A stretch of DNA of 64,000 bases, from the NCBI RefSeq assembly GCF_018350175.1, contig NC_058368.1, positions 53,446,001 through 53,510,000 of the forward strand, written 5' to 3'. The stretch comes from Felis catus. Its lineage: Eukaryota. This document shows positions 25,410 through 39,097 of this stretch, one piece after another. The notes under the pieces are model-generated. The model saw only the letters and a program-made list of their open reading frames with translations, was not told the origin of the DNA and searched no databases. The translations under genes and the position numbers were made by a program. Each line of letters begins with the position of its first letter. Position 1 is the first letter of the stretch.

Positions 25410-27506
25410 AAGAGGATTCAGTGCTAACCACCATATCTTTTCCTAATACTTTTCTCTTTGCTTTGTATTTGACTCATTTTCTGATTGCCTGGTTTTCATT
25501 GTGGATTAATTTTTTTTAAGGAGTCGTGGGTGCTATAAATATACATGGAAGACAACTTGGCCAGCTCAACTTTTTGTGTTAAATGTAAATATTAAAATTA
25601 TGAAACATTTCAAACATAGAAGTACAGAAAATAATATACAAGATAGTTTTATATCCACTGTGGAGATAATGGCAAATGGAGATAATAGCATTTTGTCATA
25701 TTTGTTTCAAGTTTTGAACTTTTTTTTCCTTTTTTTAAGGAAAGGTATGCTTAAAGCCTTGCATTCATGCCTCCCTATTCTTCCTTGTATGCTATCTTGA
25801 AGTTGATGTATATGATTTCTATGGATGTTTTTACTATATAAAATAGATAGGTTTTAGATTTATGTGAAAATGTACTTATTACAGTTTTTTGCTGTTTTAT
25901 ACTTTTGCAGCTTGCTTTTTCACCTGGAATGTTTTAAAGATTTATCTATGATGATTCATATTGATCGAATTCATCAATTTAAAGTGTTGAATTGTGTTAT
26001 AAAATCATGAAATAATATTCATTTCCTGCTGGCAGACTGTTGTTTTCAGTATCTTACTATTACAGATAGTACTGCTGAGAGCAATCTTGTACATGTATTT
26101 TTATGTCCTAGTGAGTTTTCTAGTGTTGACATCTGGAAGTAGAATGATTGTATCCTACACACCTTCAGCTTTCATAGGAATTGCCAAATTGCTCTTCAAG
26201 GTAGTTCAGTGAATTTATACTCTTACTAGTTTGAGTCCCAACACTATCCTTCCTAACAGTTTGTGCTCTTTTAATTATTAGGAATATTTTCTTTTTTTCA
26301 TTAATAATTTATATTCCTTCTGTGTGATGCTGTTTTGTTTCTTATGTCCAGTAAAATTTGTTTTCTTAGAGTTTTCATTTCTACTAACTTTTATCAAAAG
26401 ATCACCCCTTTTATGACCTGTTTTTGGTTTTGTACTTATATTCTTTCATAGTAAACTATTTTTTGATGAGTAAAAATCCTGTGTATGAACTTTCGTTACT
26501 TCTTTGTGCTCTGAGTCCCTGATGCTTCTATCTGTACGTACACTCTCAGGTAGTTTGTCTGTAATCCAGTGACCCTTACCCTTGCCAACTCATTGATTTG
26601 CTTATGGGAGAGGATAGCTGCATGTGATTTTTGTGACTTTCTTTGTTGTTGGTTGTCTTGTCTAGCTGTGGTAAGAAAGGCTGACTCTAGTTTTTCTGAA
26701 GACTTGGGTGATGTGGGGTTGGAATTTATTTTCTTGTTTAATGTAATTCAGAGATTTTTTTCTGAAAATATGGTTTAATTTTAGTAGGCTTAATAACAAA
26801 CATTTTCTTATTAACTAATAATAACTGCCCACAAAAGTTGAATGACTAAATATTTCAGGTGTCTAGTATATGTAGAGCACCGAGGAAATCATAGAAATAT
26901 ATGAAGTATGATTCTTGATCTTGAAATGTTAAGTGCATCTATTACTTGACTAAACTCCCTCCCCCATTTTGGTAAAAAAACTCTGGGAGGCTTAGACAAC
27001 TGTATTTTATGTGAAGCCTACTCAAGCTCTACACTCAGCTACCTGTTTTAGGGTATACCAGGATGAATAAAGCATACTTTCTAAATTTCTGAAGGTTATG
27101 ATCTGATCGGGAAGGTGGAAACATTCCCAAATCTAATTAGAGGTTGTCAGGGTCCCTAAGCCCCCACAGGGCATCATGAAGCACAGTACAGACTTGCAAG
27201 TGGTAGTTTGCTGGAAGGAAATGGTTGTAATTAGAATTGACTAGATCTTGTTTTTCATTCTTGTGCCTAAATGGTTTTGATTTTAAAAGCTCTTGAATGT
27301 TCAAATTCTGATTGCTGAATTAGGGGCTTATTTCATGTGTGGTGACATTTATTTTCATGGTTTCACTCTATTTTAATGTCTGAGATCTCAGTTCTTTTTT
27401 TCAGTTGACGTGTTGGGAGCAGACAATAGCAGTTTTGAAATGAAACCAAAACCCTTATTTGTTTAAGAGAAAACTAAGATGTGCCTTGATAAAATATCTG
27501 ATGACA

Positions 27507-27723
27507 CTTTTTTTTGTTGTTAAGTTTATGTATTTATTTTTCTGTAAGAAAGAGTGTGAGCAGGGGAGAGTCAGAGAGAGAGAGAGAAAATCTTAAGCAG
27601 GCTTAGCACTGTCAGTGCAGAGTCCAATGTAGGGCTTGAACTTAAAGTCATGAAGCATGAGATCATGACCTGAGCTGAAATCAAGAGTCAGACACTTACC
27701 CAGTTTAGCCATCCAGGTGCCCC
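27507..27723 (-). mobile_element. Can-SINE
   Basis: Typical body; GACACTT on both flanks. Confidence 0.9.
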
Positions 27724-29330
27724 GACACTTGGTTTTAAATAGTTGTTTTGCAGCCTTGTTCAGGTGATGGAGCATCTAGAACTCATGGTACCGTTTGTGG
27801 AGCACTATGAAATAATGATATTCTTTCATGCTAAGAAGAAAGGTTTTACTAGCAGAAATATGTTTATATTATGAAATATAAAACAACTAAAATTCTGTAC
27901 TTTCAAGAGAAGAAGCTGAAAATTAAGCATGATTTGCCAACTGACAGTTTTTTATTAATATTCATTCATTGCTTATACATTCTTTCCTAATTGTTTATAT
28001 TTTTGCTTTATCATAAGCTAGCTCTCATTAGTGGATAAATGTCCAGAGACAGGAAAGTTTTAGCGAAGAAAAAACACCCTAACATTAAGACAGTTCTGTT
28101 ACTTTGCTTAATAGCATATTTATATATATAAGGAAGACTGCTATAATTTAGTTTTATTGGTAGAAAAATCTAACTTCATATACCAGGCAGCGGTGCTTTG
28201 TGGGAACCTGTGTTCCACGCTATTGGTTTAGATCGCTTGTGCTGTCTGCAGGGATTTCGTAGCTCCTGCTATTATCACCTTATCCCTAGAGGCATAGATA
28301 AGGTAGCTCATTTTCTTCTTGGGTGATTAAAATGAGTAGCTGGACTCTACCAGTTGATTTTATTGCAACTCTAATCTGTTTTCTCCTTTAATTGAGGTGT
28401 TAAGGCAACATAGAATGATAGAGACTACCATAGGTTTTTGCTAGAGTCATGTTATCTTATAGCAGCCTTTGCCATCTATTAATATTATATAAAGGGCAAG
28501 AATCCCATTATATGTAGGTTGACTATTGAATTGACCATTCAGTTTTCTTAAGAATGAAAGGGGTGGAGAAAATGCTAAGTTGAATGGAGCCCTGCAATAG
28601 TAGATATAAAAAGTAGGACTCTTCTGGGAAAAACAGCTATATGGTCTGCAGCCTTGCCAGAGAATCATCCAAAATCTGCCTGAAAGTGTTGCCCTTCAGA
28701 AAAGCTAGCATTCTAATAATTTAAAAGATCTAATTAAAAAATTTTAAAAGTTTTTTATTGAGGTAAAATTTATCTCCTTGCGTCTACGAACTCTTCTTCC
28801 CAGTTTTGTTTTGTGCTAAAATTAAATGTAAGAATATGGTAGTATACAAAATATACATTAGTTCTTCACGTACTTCCCCCCCCCCCCCAATAACTTACAA
28901 TTTTTTTTTCTCTTTCAAACACTGCTCACTGAATACTTCATAGTACATCCATACATTCTCATCTTGGTATGTTTAGAAAACATTCATTAGGTTTCTGCCT
29001 TCTCAGAAGCAAAGCTCACAGTTATTACGCTAATCTTTTATCACCTTAAGATAGAGTGAAGTGCCATAGCATAGGAGAGCTTAAAGGAAAATAAATAGTA
29101 GTTTACACATGAGAAGGCTGGACGGCAAGGTAGAGTTAATCATAATGGTTAAGGTTGTCTTATCATTAAAAATACTCAGCATACATCAGTAAGGATTAGC
29201 TACAGGTATGTTGAAGATAGCCCTCTTGTTATCCTAGTATCCTTTAGGCTAAAAAACTGTGGCTCCCTGTGCAACTTTTCATCACCCTGGTCACTATGTA
29301 AAAGACATGTTTTAGTTTTCATGTGCTATT

Positions 29331-29501
29331 TTTAAAAAATATTTATTTAGTTTGAGAGAGAGCACATGAGCGAGCCAGGGGCGGGTAGAGAGAGAGGGAG
29401 ATAAAGACTCCTATATGGAAGCTCAGTATCACAAACCATATCATGACCTGAGCTGAAATCAAGGATCAGAGGCTTAACTGACTGAGCCACCCAGGTGCCC
29501 C
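29331..29501 (-). mobile_element. Can-SINE, internally deleted
   Basis: TCATGACCTGAGCTGAAATCAAG...CTGAGCCACCCAGGTGCCCC. Confidence 0.88.
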
Positions 29502-31211
29502 TTCCTGTGCCCATGTTTTTTTTCAGGAGACTTATAAATAGGATAAGCTGGGAAGATAACTTTGGAGGTGCGTTGTTCATTATTGTATTTATGTAGGTCC
29601 TACTCTATTTATCCCTGCCCCTTTTTTTGCTGTTTATGGTAATCCTTACAGAATGTAAAATAGAACCATTGCACAGCATGATTAAGGAAAAATTTCCACA
29701 AATGACACTGTCTGCTTTGATAAACATGTGATTTGGTTTGAGCCCTTGAATGGACTTAGTTAAAAGGCACTCAAAGTAGGTTAATTTACAGAGGCACCAA
29801 AGAGATCAAATAAAAAAATTGCATTTTGGAAGTTCTCTGCTACAGTGGATAGACATTATTGACTGAGTTATTGGGTTTTACTATTGATACATGGCAAATG
29901 TTCACTGTATAATTTTTTTTAAAAATAAAACTGGAACTGTAGGGCATTTGAAATAATTTAGGGTATGTTTTACAAGTTCCGAGCTCTACTTCTGAGATCA
30001 TATATAAAAATATCTGTAGTTAACTCTTTTTATTGCAGTTATTTGAGTACATTTTGATAGGTTTTAAAAATGAGTTGGTCATTCTGGGGAACACATTTAT
30101 GTATTTGATATGGTAAGGAGTGTTTCTTAGGAACCAGAGGAGAGCTGTTTTGTCATAAGGCGTTTTCTTTAGTATAGTTCACCCACATTTGCATTGTTAA
30201 TGGTAGCGATGGAGCAGTGGTTTCCTTTTTTGACACCGTCGCTGTTAATTGTTTAGTTAGTATATATCTGTACTTCACTTTTATTTGCCTTAATTTGCTC
30301 GTCTAACATTTTTGCTTTTCAAAATATGATCAAAGATGACTAAGTTAGGTGTTCCCTGCGTAACTTGTACTAGGAAACATGGAAGATGCTTTGTGACTCT
30401 GAGGCAGTGTTGCTAGTCAGGAGGGTGGTCGTGTAGTGCCTGCTTGGAAAACTGCAGGTAAATACAAAGCTCATGCAAAATTCACTTTATGATTATTTGA
30501 CCTTACAGTTCAGTTTCTGTGAGTGAATTCTGTCACATAAACCTTGGTGTTATGGAGAAAAAAACTGTCTTAGTAACTTGAGAGGTGATTTTAGGTATGT
30601 TTATGGCAGTTCTGTTAAAATTTATGAACTCGACAAAAGTATTGTGTTAGTGAGATCACTTACCAAGACACATGCAAACAGCAGTGAAGTAAATTTTACT
30701 TTGCGTATATATATTTTTAATTTTTTTAGAGGCATATGAGTGACTGTTGGACTGATAGCACCCAATTATTTCAGGTCACAGAATAAAGTATATTAAAGGG
30801 GAAGAAGGAGGAAACTAGTATTTATTAAATGCCTTCTGTGTGTTAGATGTTAATGTTAGGTGCCTTCCAAATATTATTTTACAATCCTATGAGGATTTTG
30901 GCTGCATTTAGAACTTAAACTTGGAGACACTGAGGCACAGAGAAGAGGTTTCTCAAAGCTCCTAAAAGGTAGAGCAAGAATTTGCATGCTCTTTTTAAAC
31001 TCCAAGTGCATGTTCATTTCACCACATCACAACACTCAGATTTGTGTTTATACAGTTTTGCTCTGTGACAAAATTTATTTGGGGGATTTTTAACATTGAA
31101 TTTCTTTACAAGAATAAATTAAGATGTGAAAATTGAATAATATTGAAGACCTGTAGTTTCTTTTCAAAACAAGGTTCTAATAGATTTAAAAGTATCTTAA
31201 AATATTTCATA

Positions 31212-31466
31212 AGAGAAGGGGAAATAATAGTTACAAATAGAGGGAGGGAGGCAAACCATAAGAGACTCTTAAATACAGAGAACAAACTGAGGGTTGATGG
31301 GAGGGCATTGGGGGGAGGGGAAAATGGGTGATCGGCATTGAGGAGGGCACTTGCTGGGATGAGCACTGCCTGTTGTATGTAGGCGAAGAATCTTGAGATT
31401 CTACCCCCAAAACCAAGAGCACACTGTATATACTGTAAGCTAACTTGACAATAAATTATATTAAAA
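31212..31466 (+). mobile_element. Felid L1 extreme 3' end, sense
   Basis: Same 3' UTR motif series as 12411-12638, ending GACAATAAA. Confidence 0.88.
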
Positions 31467-32414
31467 TTCTTTTAAATAGTTAATAAGAACTCTTTTGCAA
31501 ATATAGGGATCAATTATAGTACCTTTTTGATGAGTCACTTTTTAGATACTGATGCTTTTGGTTGACCTCGAATTAGTTTGTATGTCGTTATCATCACCTC
31601 CTAACAAATTTAAAGTTTTTAAAAGACTTTTTGAAAGGTTACTTGTAAATGAAGTGAGAAGTCTGCAGCCCTGCTGCTCAGGTTTGAGTCCTGGCCTTAC
31701 CCGTCCTGGCTGTTGTGATGTCTAGCAAGTTACTCTAGCCCTTTCAGGGTTGTTCCCTTCCCCCATTTTAATCTGTCAAATGGGGATAATACTATTTCAT
31801 AGATATGTGGTGAGGATTAAATGAGTTAAATACAGATCCAACGTATTATTTTGCAATTCTGAGCTTTCAGTCCGTTTGTTGTGTTGAAGAGCGTCTTCCA
31901 AGATTTTATATACACATTGATTCATCTTGCTTGATAAGTAATTCTTCTGGTACTTGAGAAGACCTCCTTAGAGTATTCTGTATTTTTGAAATGTTTATAT
32001 ATTATTATTTCATTTTATTAATTCAGGTTACATTTCAGTTATCCTAGATGCTAGTGTAATAGAAATGGTATTGTGGTTGTATTAGTTGTTTTCTTTGTAG
32101 CGATTAATACATGGTAGATGATAATTAACTGTAGAATTGAATGGATTTGAATGTATTTTAGTCATGATTTTTTTTTTCTTTACAAGTGCTTAATTTGAAC
32201 CTCAATTTTATTGTAAAGAAACTACCAAAAATACAATTTTTTAATGACTGCTTAGGTCTCTTACAAATTTTGTTCATCTTTTTAAATGCTATTTTTCTTT
32301 GTTTTTAGTTAAAAAGTGATCCTTTGCCTAAAACAGTCTTTGAAAATCAGCTTAAATTTTTTAAAAATAATAATGAGAATTACATTATTGTTTTCTTTTT
32401 CCTTGTTCTCTTAG

Positions 32415-32571
32415 CTTCACAATGAAGAGGATAATTCAGAGTCATCTGCCGTAGAGCAACCATCGACTTCAAACTCAACACCGCAGACTGCTCCTTCTGC
32501 ATCAGTACTTGAAACTGACTCTTCTCCTCCACCTTATAGCAGTATTACTGTGGAAGTACCTACAACTTCAG
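32415..32571 (+). CDS. NDFIP2: NDFIP2 exon 2 (157 nt; PY motif 1, PPPY at 32526-32537)
   Basis: Acceptor ttgttctcttAG, then LHNEEDNSESSAVEQPSTSNSTPQTAPSASVLETDSSPPPYSSITVEVPTTS, donor CAG|GTATTG. Confidence 0.97.
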
Positions 32572-33144
32572 GTATTGTTTCTAGTTTGAAACGACAAGTA
32601 ATATTTTTAATATCTCCTTTTTTTTTTTTTAACCAGTATGGTTTTGTGTAATTATCGAGTCTATTAAGAGGCTTCCTGGTTTTATGATTTTTTAAAAAAA
32701 GGTTTTCCCAAGGATAGTTTGTGAAATGTTTACTCATATATTACTTGCCTCATATTCTTGTTGTTTTCAAAAAAAATTATAAGTATAAACTTGCTTATGC
32801 TTATTACTATTTCCAACAGAGTAGCATATTGCTTTTGGAAGAAATAAATACATTGTATATACACGACATATTTTTATATATTTGTGTTTGTGTAAATTTA
32901 CTTACATAGTTGTAAAACAAGGTATTATTGATGCTGAGTGTGAGCAGGAATGTGGTATGTGTGAACGGAGGTGAAGGGTGTACATAATGTTATCACATAC
33001 ATATGGTAGTAATTCCTACCAGTGGTTCCGGCTTCTTATTGTTCATCTTATCTTTTCAGGTCATTCTAAAGAGATAACCCTCCTCAGTTTCTCCGGCCAC
33101 AATTTGTATTTTCCCAGGAATGCTAAGCTAATCATTATATAATT

Positions 33145-34108
33145 TATTTTTTATTCTTTACTTTTATTCCAGTACAGTTAACATACAGTGTTGTATTAGT
33201 TTCAGGTGTACAATAATTTAGCAGTTCTGTACATTTCAGTGCTCATCACAATAAGTGTACTCTTAATCCCTGTCACCTATTTCACTCATCCCTTTACTCA
33301 CGTCCTTCCAATAACCATTTGTTTGTTGTCTATGGTTAATAGTCTCATAGTCTCATTTTTGGTTTGTCTCTGTTTTCTTTCCTTTGCTCATTTGTTTTGT
33401 TTCTTAAATTCCACATATGAGTAAAGTCATATGGTATTTGTGTTTCCCTGACTTATTTCACTTAGCATTATACTCTCTAGCTCCATCCATGTTGTTGCAA
33501 ATGGCAAGATTTCATTCTTTTTTAAAAAAGCTGAATAATACTCCACTATATACATACACACCATATCTTTTGTATCCTTTCATCTACCAGTGGACACTAG
33601 GGCTTCTTCCATAATTTGGCTATTTGGCTATTGTAAATAGTGCTACAATAAATACAGGGGCGCATATATCCTTTCAAATTAATGTTTTCATATTCTTTGG
33701 GTAAATACCCAGTAGTGTGCGATTACTTGATCATAGGGTAGTTCTATTTTTGACTTAAAAAAATTTTTTTTTTAATGTTTATTTAGTTTTTAGAGAGAAA
33801 GTGAGAGAGCATGCGTGAGAGTTGGGAAGGGACAGAGAGAGACGGAGACACAGAATCGGAAGCAGGCTCCAGGCTCTGAGCTGTCAGCACAGAGCCCGAC
33901 GCAGGGCTCAAACCCATGAATGGTGAGATCATGACCTGAGCTGAGGTCAGACTCTTAACCGACTGAGCCACCTGGGCACCCCCTATTTTTGACTTTTTAA
34001 ACTTCCATACTGTTTTTCACAGTGGCTGCACCAGTTTGCATTCCCATAGCAGTGCATGAGAGTTTATTTTTCTGCACATCCTTGCAAACATTTGTTGTTT
34101 CTTGGAGT
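33145..34108 (-). mobile_element. Carnivore L1 3' fragment with nested Can-SINE (about 33757-33983)
   Basis: L1 3' UTR motifs. L1 TSD TAATCATTATATAATT at 33129-33144 and 34109-34124; SINE flanked by CTATTTTTGACTT. Confidence 0.92.
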
Positions 34109-34136
34109 TAATCATTATATAATTGAAAAAAGTTTA

Positions 34137-34328
34137 GGGGCGTCTGGGTAGCTCAGTTGGTTGAGCGTCCAACTTTGGCTCAGGTCATGATCTCACAGTT
34201 TGTGAGTTCGAGCCCCGCGTGGAGCTCCCTGCTGTCAGTGCAGAGCTTGCTTGGATCCTTTATCCTCTTCTTTCTCTGCCCCTGCCCTGCTTGCACTCTC
34301 TCAAAAATAAATATTTAAATTTTTAAAT
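34137..34328 (+). mobile_element. Can-SINE
   Basis: GGGGCGTCTGGGTAGCTCAGTTGG...CTCAAAAATAAA. Confidence 0.92.
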
Positions 34329-35014
34329 GTGCTTTTGTATACGATTGTAAATAACCTCTACGTATTTTATGTATTCTTTAGGAAACACTTTTTAAATCTA
34401 TTATAAGAAACATTTTAATATTAGAAGACCCTTCACTAGAGTATTCATCTTTCTTATCTCTTATTCTGTAATCAATATCAATACTTCTCAAACTTCTGCC
34501 AACCTTATCTTGTTACCATTTCTGCTTCTACAAATTTTATCTAGACCATATGGGTGTGTAAAAAGATCATACCATTTACTTTTTCCATTTACAATTTTAT
34601 GCAATTGCTGAAAATGATTTTCTTACGAAGGTATTCTCACTAATTTAGTAAATGCTTACTCCGTTTATTTGTATATAATGTTTATTTGATCAATGTGCTT
34701 GTTTAGTGCCCAGTTTGATGGACAGTTTTTATATTGATTTATATCAGTTTTATTTGTCTTTGGCCATGGGATTTAACAGCTGGATTGGTGCTAGCTAAAA
34801 TTTATTTTGGGCTAATTTTTTTTTCATTATTCTACGAGTTTCCAGAATATAGTGCAGTGAATTTGCTATTCTAGTCTAGGTAAAAGAAAAATAAATCTAT
34901 TTGATGGTAGTCTTGAAGAAAGAAAAGGAGTTATTTTCCTGATGCTTTGCCTGTGTTTGAATGATGGACAATGCTAAGATTGAAATTACAGGTTTTTTTC
35001 TTGTGGCCACCATT

Positions 35015-35480
35015 GCCTGGCTGTATAACAAGCTACCATAAAACAAACAGAGTAAAGTAGCAGTCATTTAGTGTTATCAGTTCTCATGGTTTTTGGGGTG
35101 TGCTAGACTCAGTTATGCGATTGTCTCCCAGGATGTCATGTTATTATTATCTTTTGGTGACCTGGAGCTGGAGTCATCTTGAGGCTTCCTTATTTACATA
35201 TTTGGCAGCTGATGCAAGCTTCCACTGGGGCCTCCGCTGAGACTGTTGGCCAGAACACCTGTACGTGACCTCTTGTGGCCTGGGCTTCCTCACTGAATGG
35301 AGGCTGAGGTCCAAGAACAAGCCAAATAGAATCTGTGTCACCTGTTGTGGCATTACCACTCAAGTCACACAGTGTCACGTCTGCCACATTTGATTTGTTA
35401 GAAGTGAATATCTGGGGTTAGTCTTTATTCAAGACAATTAGTCTCCACCTCTTGATGGGAAGAGTTTGAAAGAATAAAGG
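35015..35480 (-). mobile_element. MLT1 (MaLR) LTR fragment
   Basis: GCTGTATAACAAGCTACC...TGGCAGCTGATGC...CTCCACCTCTTGATGGGA. Confidence 0.65.
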
Positions 35481-35921
35481 AGGTTTCAGTACCTTTAAAA
35501 CTGTCAATGGCTTCTTCCTCCATCACTGAACCTTTTCCTTGTCAGTTGTCTTCACTTCGGTAAATGGCTCCACTAGGCCAGAAACCTTGAAGGCATCTTT
35601 TTGGGTCTTTATCACAGAATTATGTTTTTTTCTCCTTTAATTTTTGACATAATGAAATATGTTATTACTAGATTTCTTTTTAAGCCAATTCATTTCTGCA
35701 TTCATAGACTAAATTGTTACCATATTCTAATCCATTCTGGATTTATATTTGTTAATGTTTTTTTTTCCCAAAAGTTTTGCAATTTTATTAGTGGGATCTT
35801 TAACCCTTGTACTGTCTTTGTGGTTTTAGTATTAATATTATGTATGGAAGCAACATAGCATGAATTGAGAAGCTTCTCATTCTTCTATGCTCTAGAATAG
35901 TTTTGATAATGGAGCATGTCA

Positions 35922-36137
35922 TTTTTTTTTTTTTTAATTTTTATGTATTTTGAGAGAGAAACAGTGTTAGTGGGGAAGGGGCAGAGAGAGAGAGAGAGAG
36001 AGAGGGAGAAAGAATCCCAAGCAGGTTTCACACTTAGTGTGGAGCCTGACATGGGGCTTGATCTCACAACCATGAGATCATGACCTGAGCCAAAATTAAG
36101 AGTTAGATGCTTAACCAGCTAAGCCACCCAGGTGCCA
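35922..36137 (-). mobile_element. Can-SINE
   Basis: Typical body; CATGTCATTTTT on both flanks. Confidence 0.92.
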
Positions 36138-37488
36138 CACAGATCATGTCATTTTTAGAGATTGGATAAATTTCCATTGTAAGACAGGTTGTCCTTGCTA
36201 CCTAGGTATTCAGTTATTCTTATAATCTGTGTGACTACTGGTCTCTTATTTTTACACTTGTACTAAAAGGCCATTCATGACTGTAATTGAACACAAGAAC
36301 TGAGTAATTCTAGAAGTTTGCTTCTCTTTAATGAAAAACATCAATAGTGTTTTTCTTCAGCCTTTTATTGTTAAATTTTAAGCATGGACAGTACCAGTTT
36401 TCTGTGGAGATTATGTTCTTCAGTAGGTCACTTTATGACTGGTTTTATAGATCTGAGCGCCATCAATAATAATAGTTGACATTTGTATAATGCTTTACAG
36501 TTTACAGAGTCCTCTTGACTACTCTTAAATCCTGTCATATAACAGCAAGTAACAGCCTTGCTGAGTCGGTTTTATGGATGAGAAAGTAGAGCTTCATAAA
36601 GTGCTTAAGTGATTTGCTTGAGGTCACACAGCTTAAGACGAGCAGCTAGGATTGGAGCTCCCCAGACTTTAAATTTTCTGGTTGAGAACTGCTGCCTTAA
36701 AGGGTAGATAAAAAATAAGTAAAATTAACCAGTGAAAGTTAAAACTATAGCAGTGCTTTTTCCCAGTTTGCATTGCATTTGTTAGTTTCATTTTGCCTTT
36801 CACGGGAGTTAAAACTTTTCAAAAATTACATATCTGTTGTTAATGTAAAAGATCTCATCCTTTTGGGTAATGTATGTCATTGTTCCAGTTTTTAAATTTA
36901 TAATTTTAATGTTACTGCCTTAAAATTTATACCCATTGCTTTCACTTAAATTTTGCTTCTATTCGAGGCTTCAGAACTAAAGAAATCTATTTTCCTGACT
37001 GTGTGTGGTGTTTTTACATCTGAATAAGAAGTCATTTCTAAGGAATTATGAGCCTTGTACCATTTTGGTAGTACTCAGTGTTCTGCTGCTACTAGCATTA
37101 CCTGTCATTGGATTAAAAATTGCCTAGCTTCATATCCTTAGCTCTTATTGATAGCATTTAAAAAACTTCTTTTAAAACCAGTATACATTAAAATACAAAA
37201 GGAAAAGAATTGCTAGAGTGAAATGTGTTTTCATGTGGAAATGCAAGAAATTCTGATAGAGAAAATTATAAACCGATATCGAAAATGTGCAAATGCTGTA
37301 TTTATAATCGAGGAAGTCACGAAAGTGATGTCAGACATTGGGGTGTGGACAACTTTGAGAGTCTGATTTTCTTGGCAGTGATGCTAGCATGAGTCTAATC
37401 AGTATGTCAACCTGTATGTATCGCTTTACCTGTACTGCTGAAGTTGGTGATAAGTGATGCAGGTTTTTTTTCTAAATTAGCACTCTTT

Positions 37489-37706
37489 GGGGCTCCTGGG
37501 TGGCTCATTTGCTTAAACGTCCAACTCTTGGTTTCAGCTCAGGTCATGATCTCACAGGTTCGTGAGTTCGAGCCCCGCATCAGGTTCTGTGCTGGCAGTG
37601 TGGAGTCTGCTTGGGATTCTCCTTCTCTCTCTCTCTGCTCCCTTCCCAGCTTGCTCTGTCTCTGTCACTCTCCAAATAGATAAATAAACTTAAAAAAAAA
37701 AAAGTA
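37489..37706 (+). mobile_element. Can-SINE
   Basis: TSD-like AAATTAGCACTCT at 37474-37486 and 37707-37719. Confidence 0.92.
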
Positions 37707-38530
37707 AAATTAGCACTCTCCCCTTGCTATTGTGTTATATTTCTGAAGATCATATTTTAAAAATCATCTAAAAATTGGGGAGGGAAAAATTCTTCATAAA
37801 AAGAAACTCTGAAAAACTAGGTAGATATGGAAAAAAATGAGAAGGGGGGAGAGGAGTAAAAAAGAACTAAAAATCACCAGTCTTTTTTAGGAAAGAGAAA
37901 TGTTGAGTTTGCTGAAGAGATTTGGACAGTTGCTAAAACTGACATGTAAAAAAAAAATGAACCTCACATGTTATGAGAGCAAATATTGGTAATTAGGAAA
38001 TCCCTGGACTCTGCCACTTGTTGGTTGTGTAATACTGGGCAAATTCCTTAAGTTTTCTGAACTTGAGAGTTGCTAGGATTAATGTCTATAGAAGTGGCAT
38101 ATTAAATAATGAGTACTATACAAGTGTTATTATTCCTGATACTTCTACTTTTAGGCTATGAGATTATGAGCAAGTAAATTAAATTCTTTGAGCATAGCAG
38201 TAGGTAGAATGGATGCTCATATGTGATGACTTTCTCACCTCCCTTGTCTTGCACAGATTTTCAGATTTCATTCTTGATATTTTTGTTTTTTGTAACAGCC
38301 TTTAGATGATATTTATGAGTCTTTTCCCTTTATAATAGATAACGGGACTAAACTAACACATAGGATTGAATTAGTAACTTACATACTACCTAGCTTTATA
38401 AAATAAGACTACAAATAGCAGTAATAGTCTTTAGTAGCCTGTTGTAAATTATTAAATTATGTTTTTGACTGTAAAAATTTTATTAAATAGTTTGTTTTAA
38501 TGGTTGTCCTTTTTTAATCCCTTTCTTCAG

Positions 38531-38664
38531 ATTCAGAAGTTTACAGTGAGTTTTATCCCGTGCCACCTCCCTACAGTGTCGCTACCTCCCTTCCTACATA
38601 CGATGAAGCTGAGAAGGCCAAGGCTGCTGCCATGGCGGCTGCAGCAGCAGAAACAGCTCAGAGA
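38531..38664 (+). CDS. NDFIP2: NDFIP2 exon 3 (134 nt; PPPY 38563-38574, LPTY 38590-38601)
   Basis: Acceptor ctttcttcAG, then (D)SEVYSEFYPVPPPYSVATSLPTYDEAEKAKAAAMAAAAAETAQR, donor AGA|GTAAGG. Confidence 0.97.
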
Positions 38665-38881
38665 GTAAGGCGATCTGATTGCTTCCTTTTGAGAATATCG
38701 TCTAGTAATTCTGAGTATATTCAGTAATGTCAGAAATAGTTCTCTAAGAGTGTTTGTGCATGTAGATTGTTTTTTAGTATTTTCTCTACTACTACTTATG
38801 TGTGTTGTCATGCTATGGTGAAATTGGCACTCTCCTAGTTAAATCCACCTTCTCCACCGTTTCTGTTTCTGTTTATTTCTA

Positions 38882-39097
38882 AATTTTTTTTTTTCAACGT
38901 TTATTTATTTTTGGGACAGAGAGAGACAGAGCATGAACGGGGGAGGGGCAGAGAGAGAGGGAGACACAGAATCGGAAACAGGCTCCAGGCTCCGAGCCAT
39001 CAGCCCAGAGCCTGATGCGGGGCTCGAACCCACGGACTGCGAGATCGTGACCTGGCTGAAGTCGGACGCTTAGCCGACTGCGCCACCCAGGCGCCCC
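38882..39097 (-). mobile_element. Young felid Can-SINE (SINEC_Fc type), about 218 nt after exon 3
   Basis: TSD TGTTTCTGTTTATTTCTA at 38864-38881 and 39098-39115. Confidence 0.95.
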
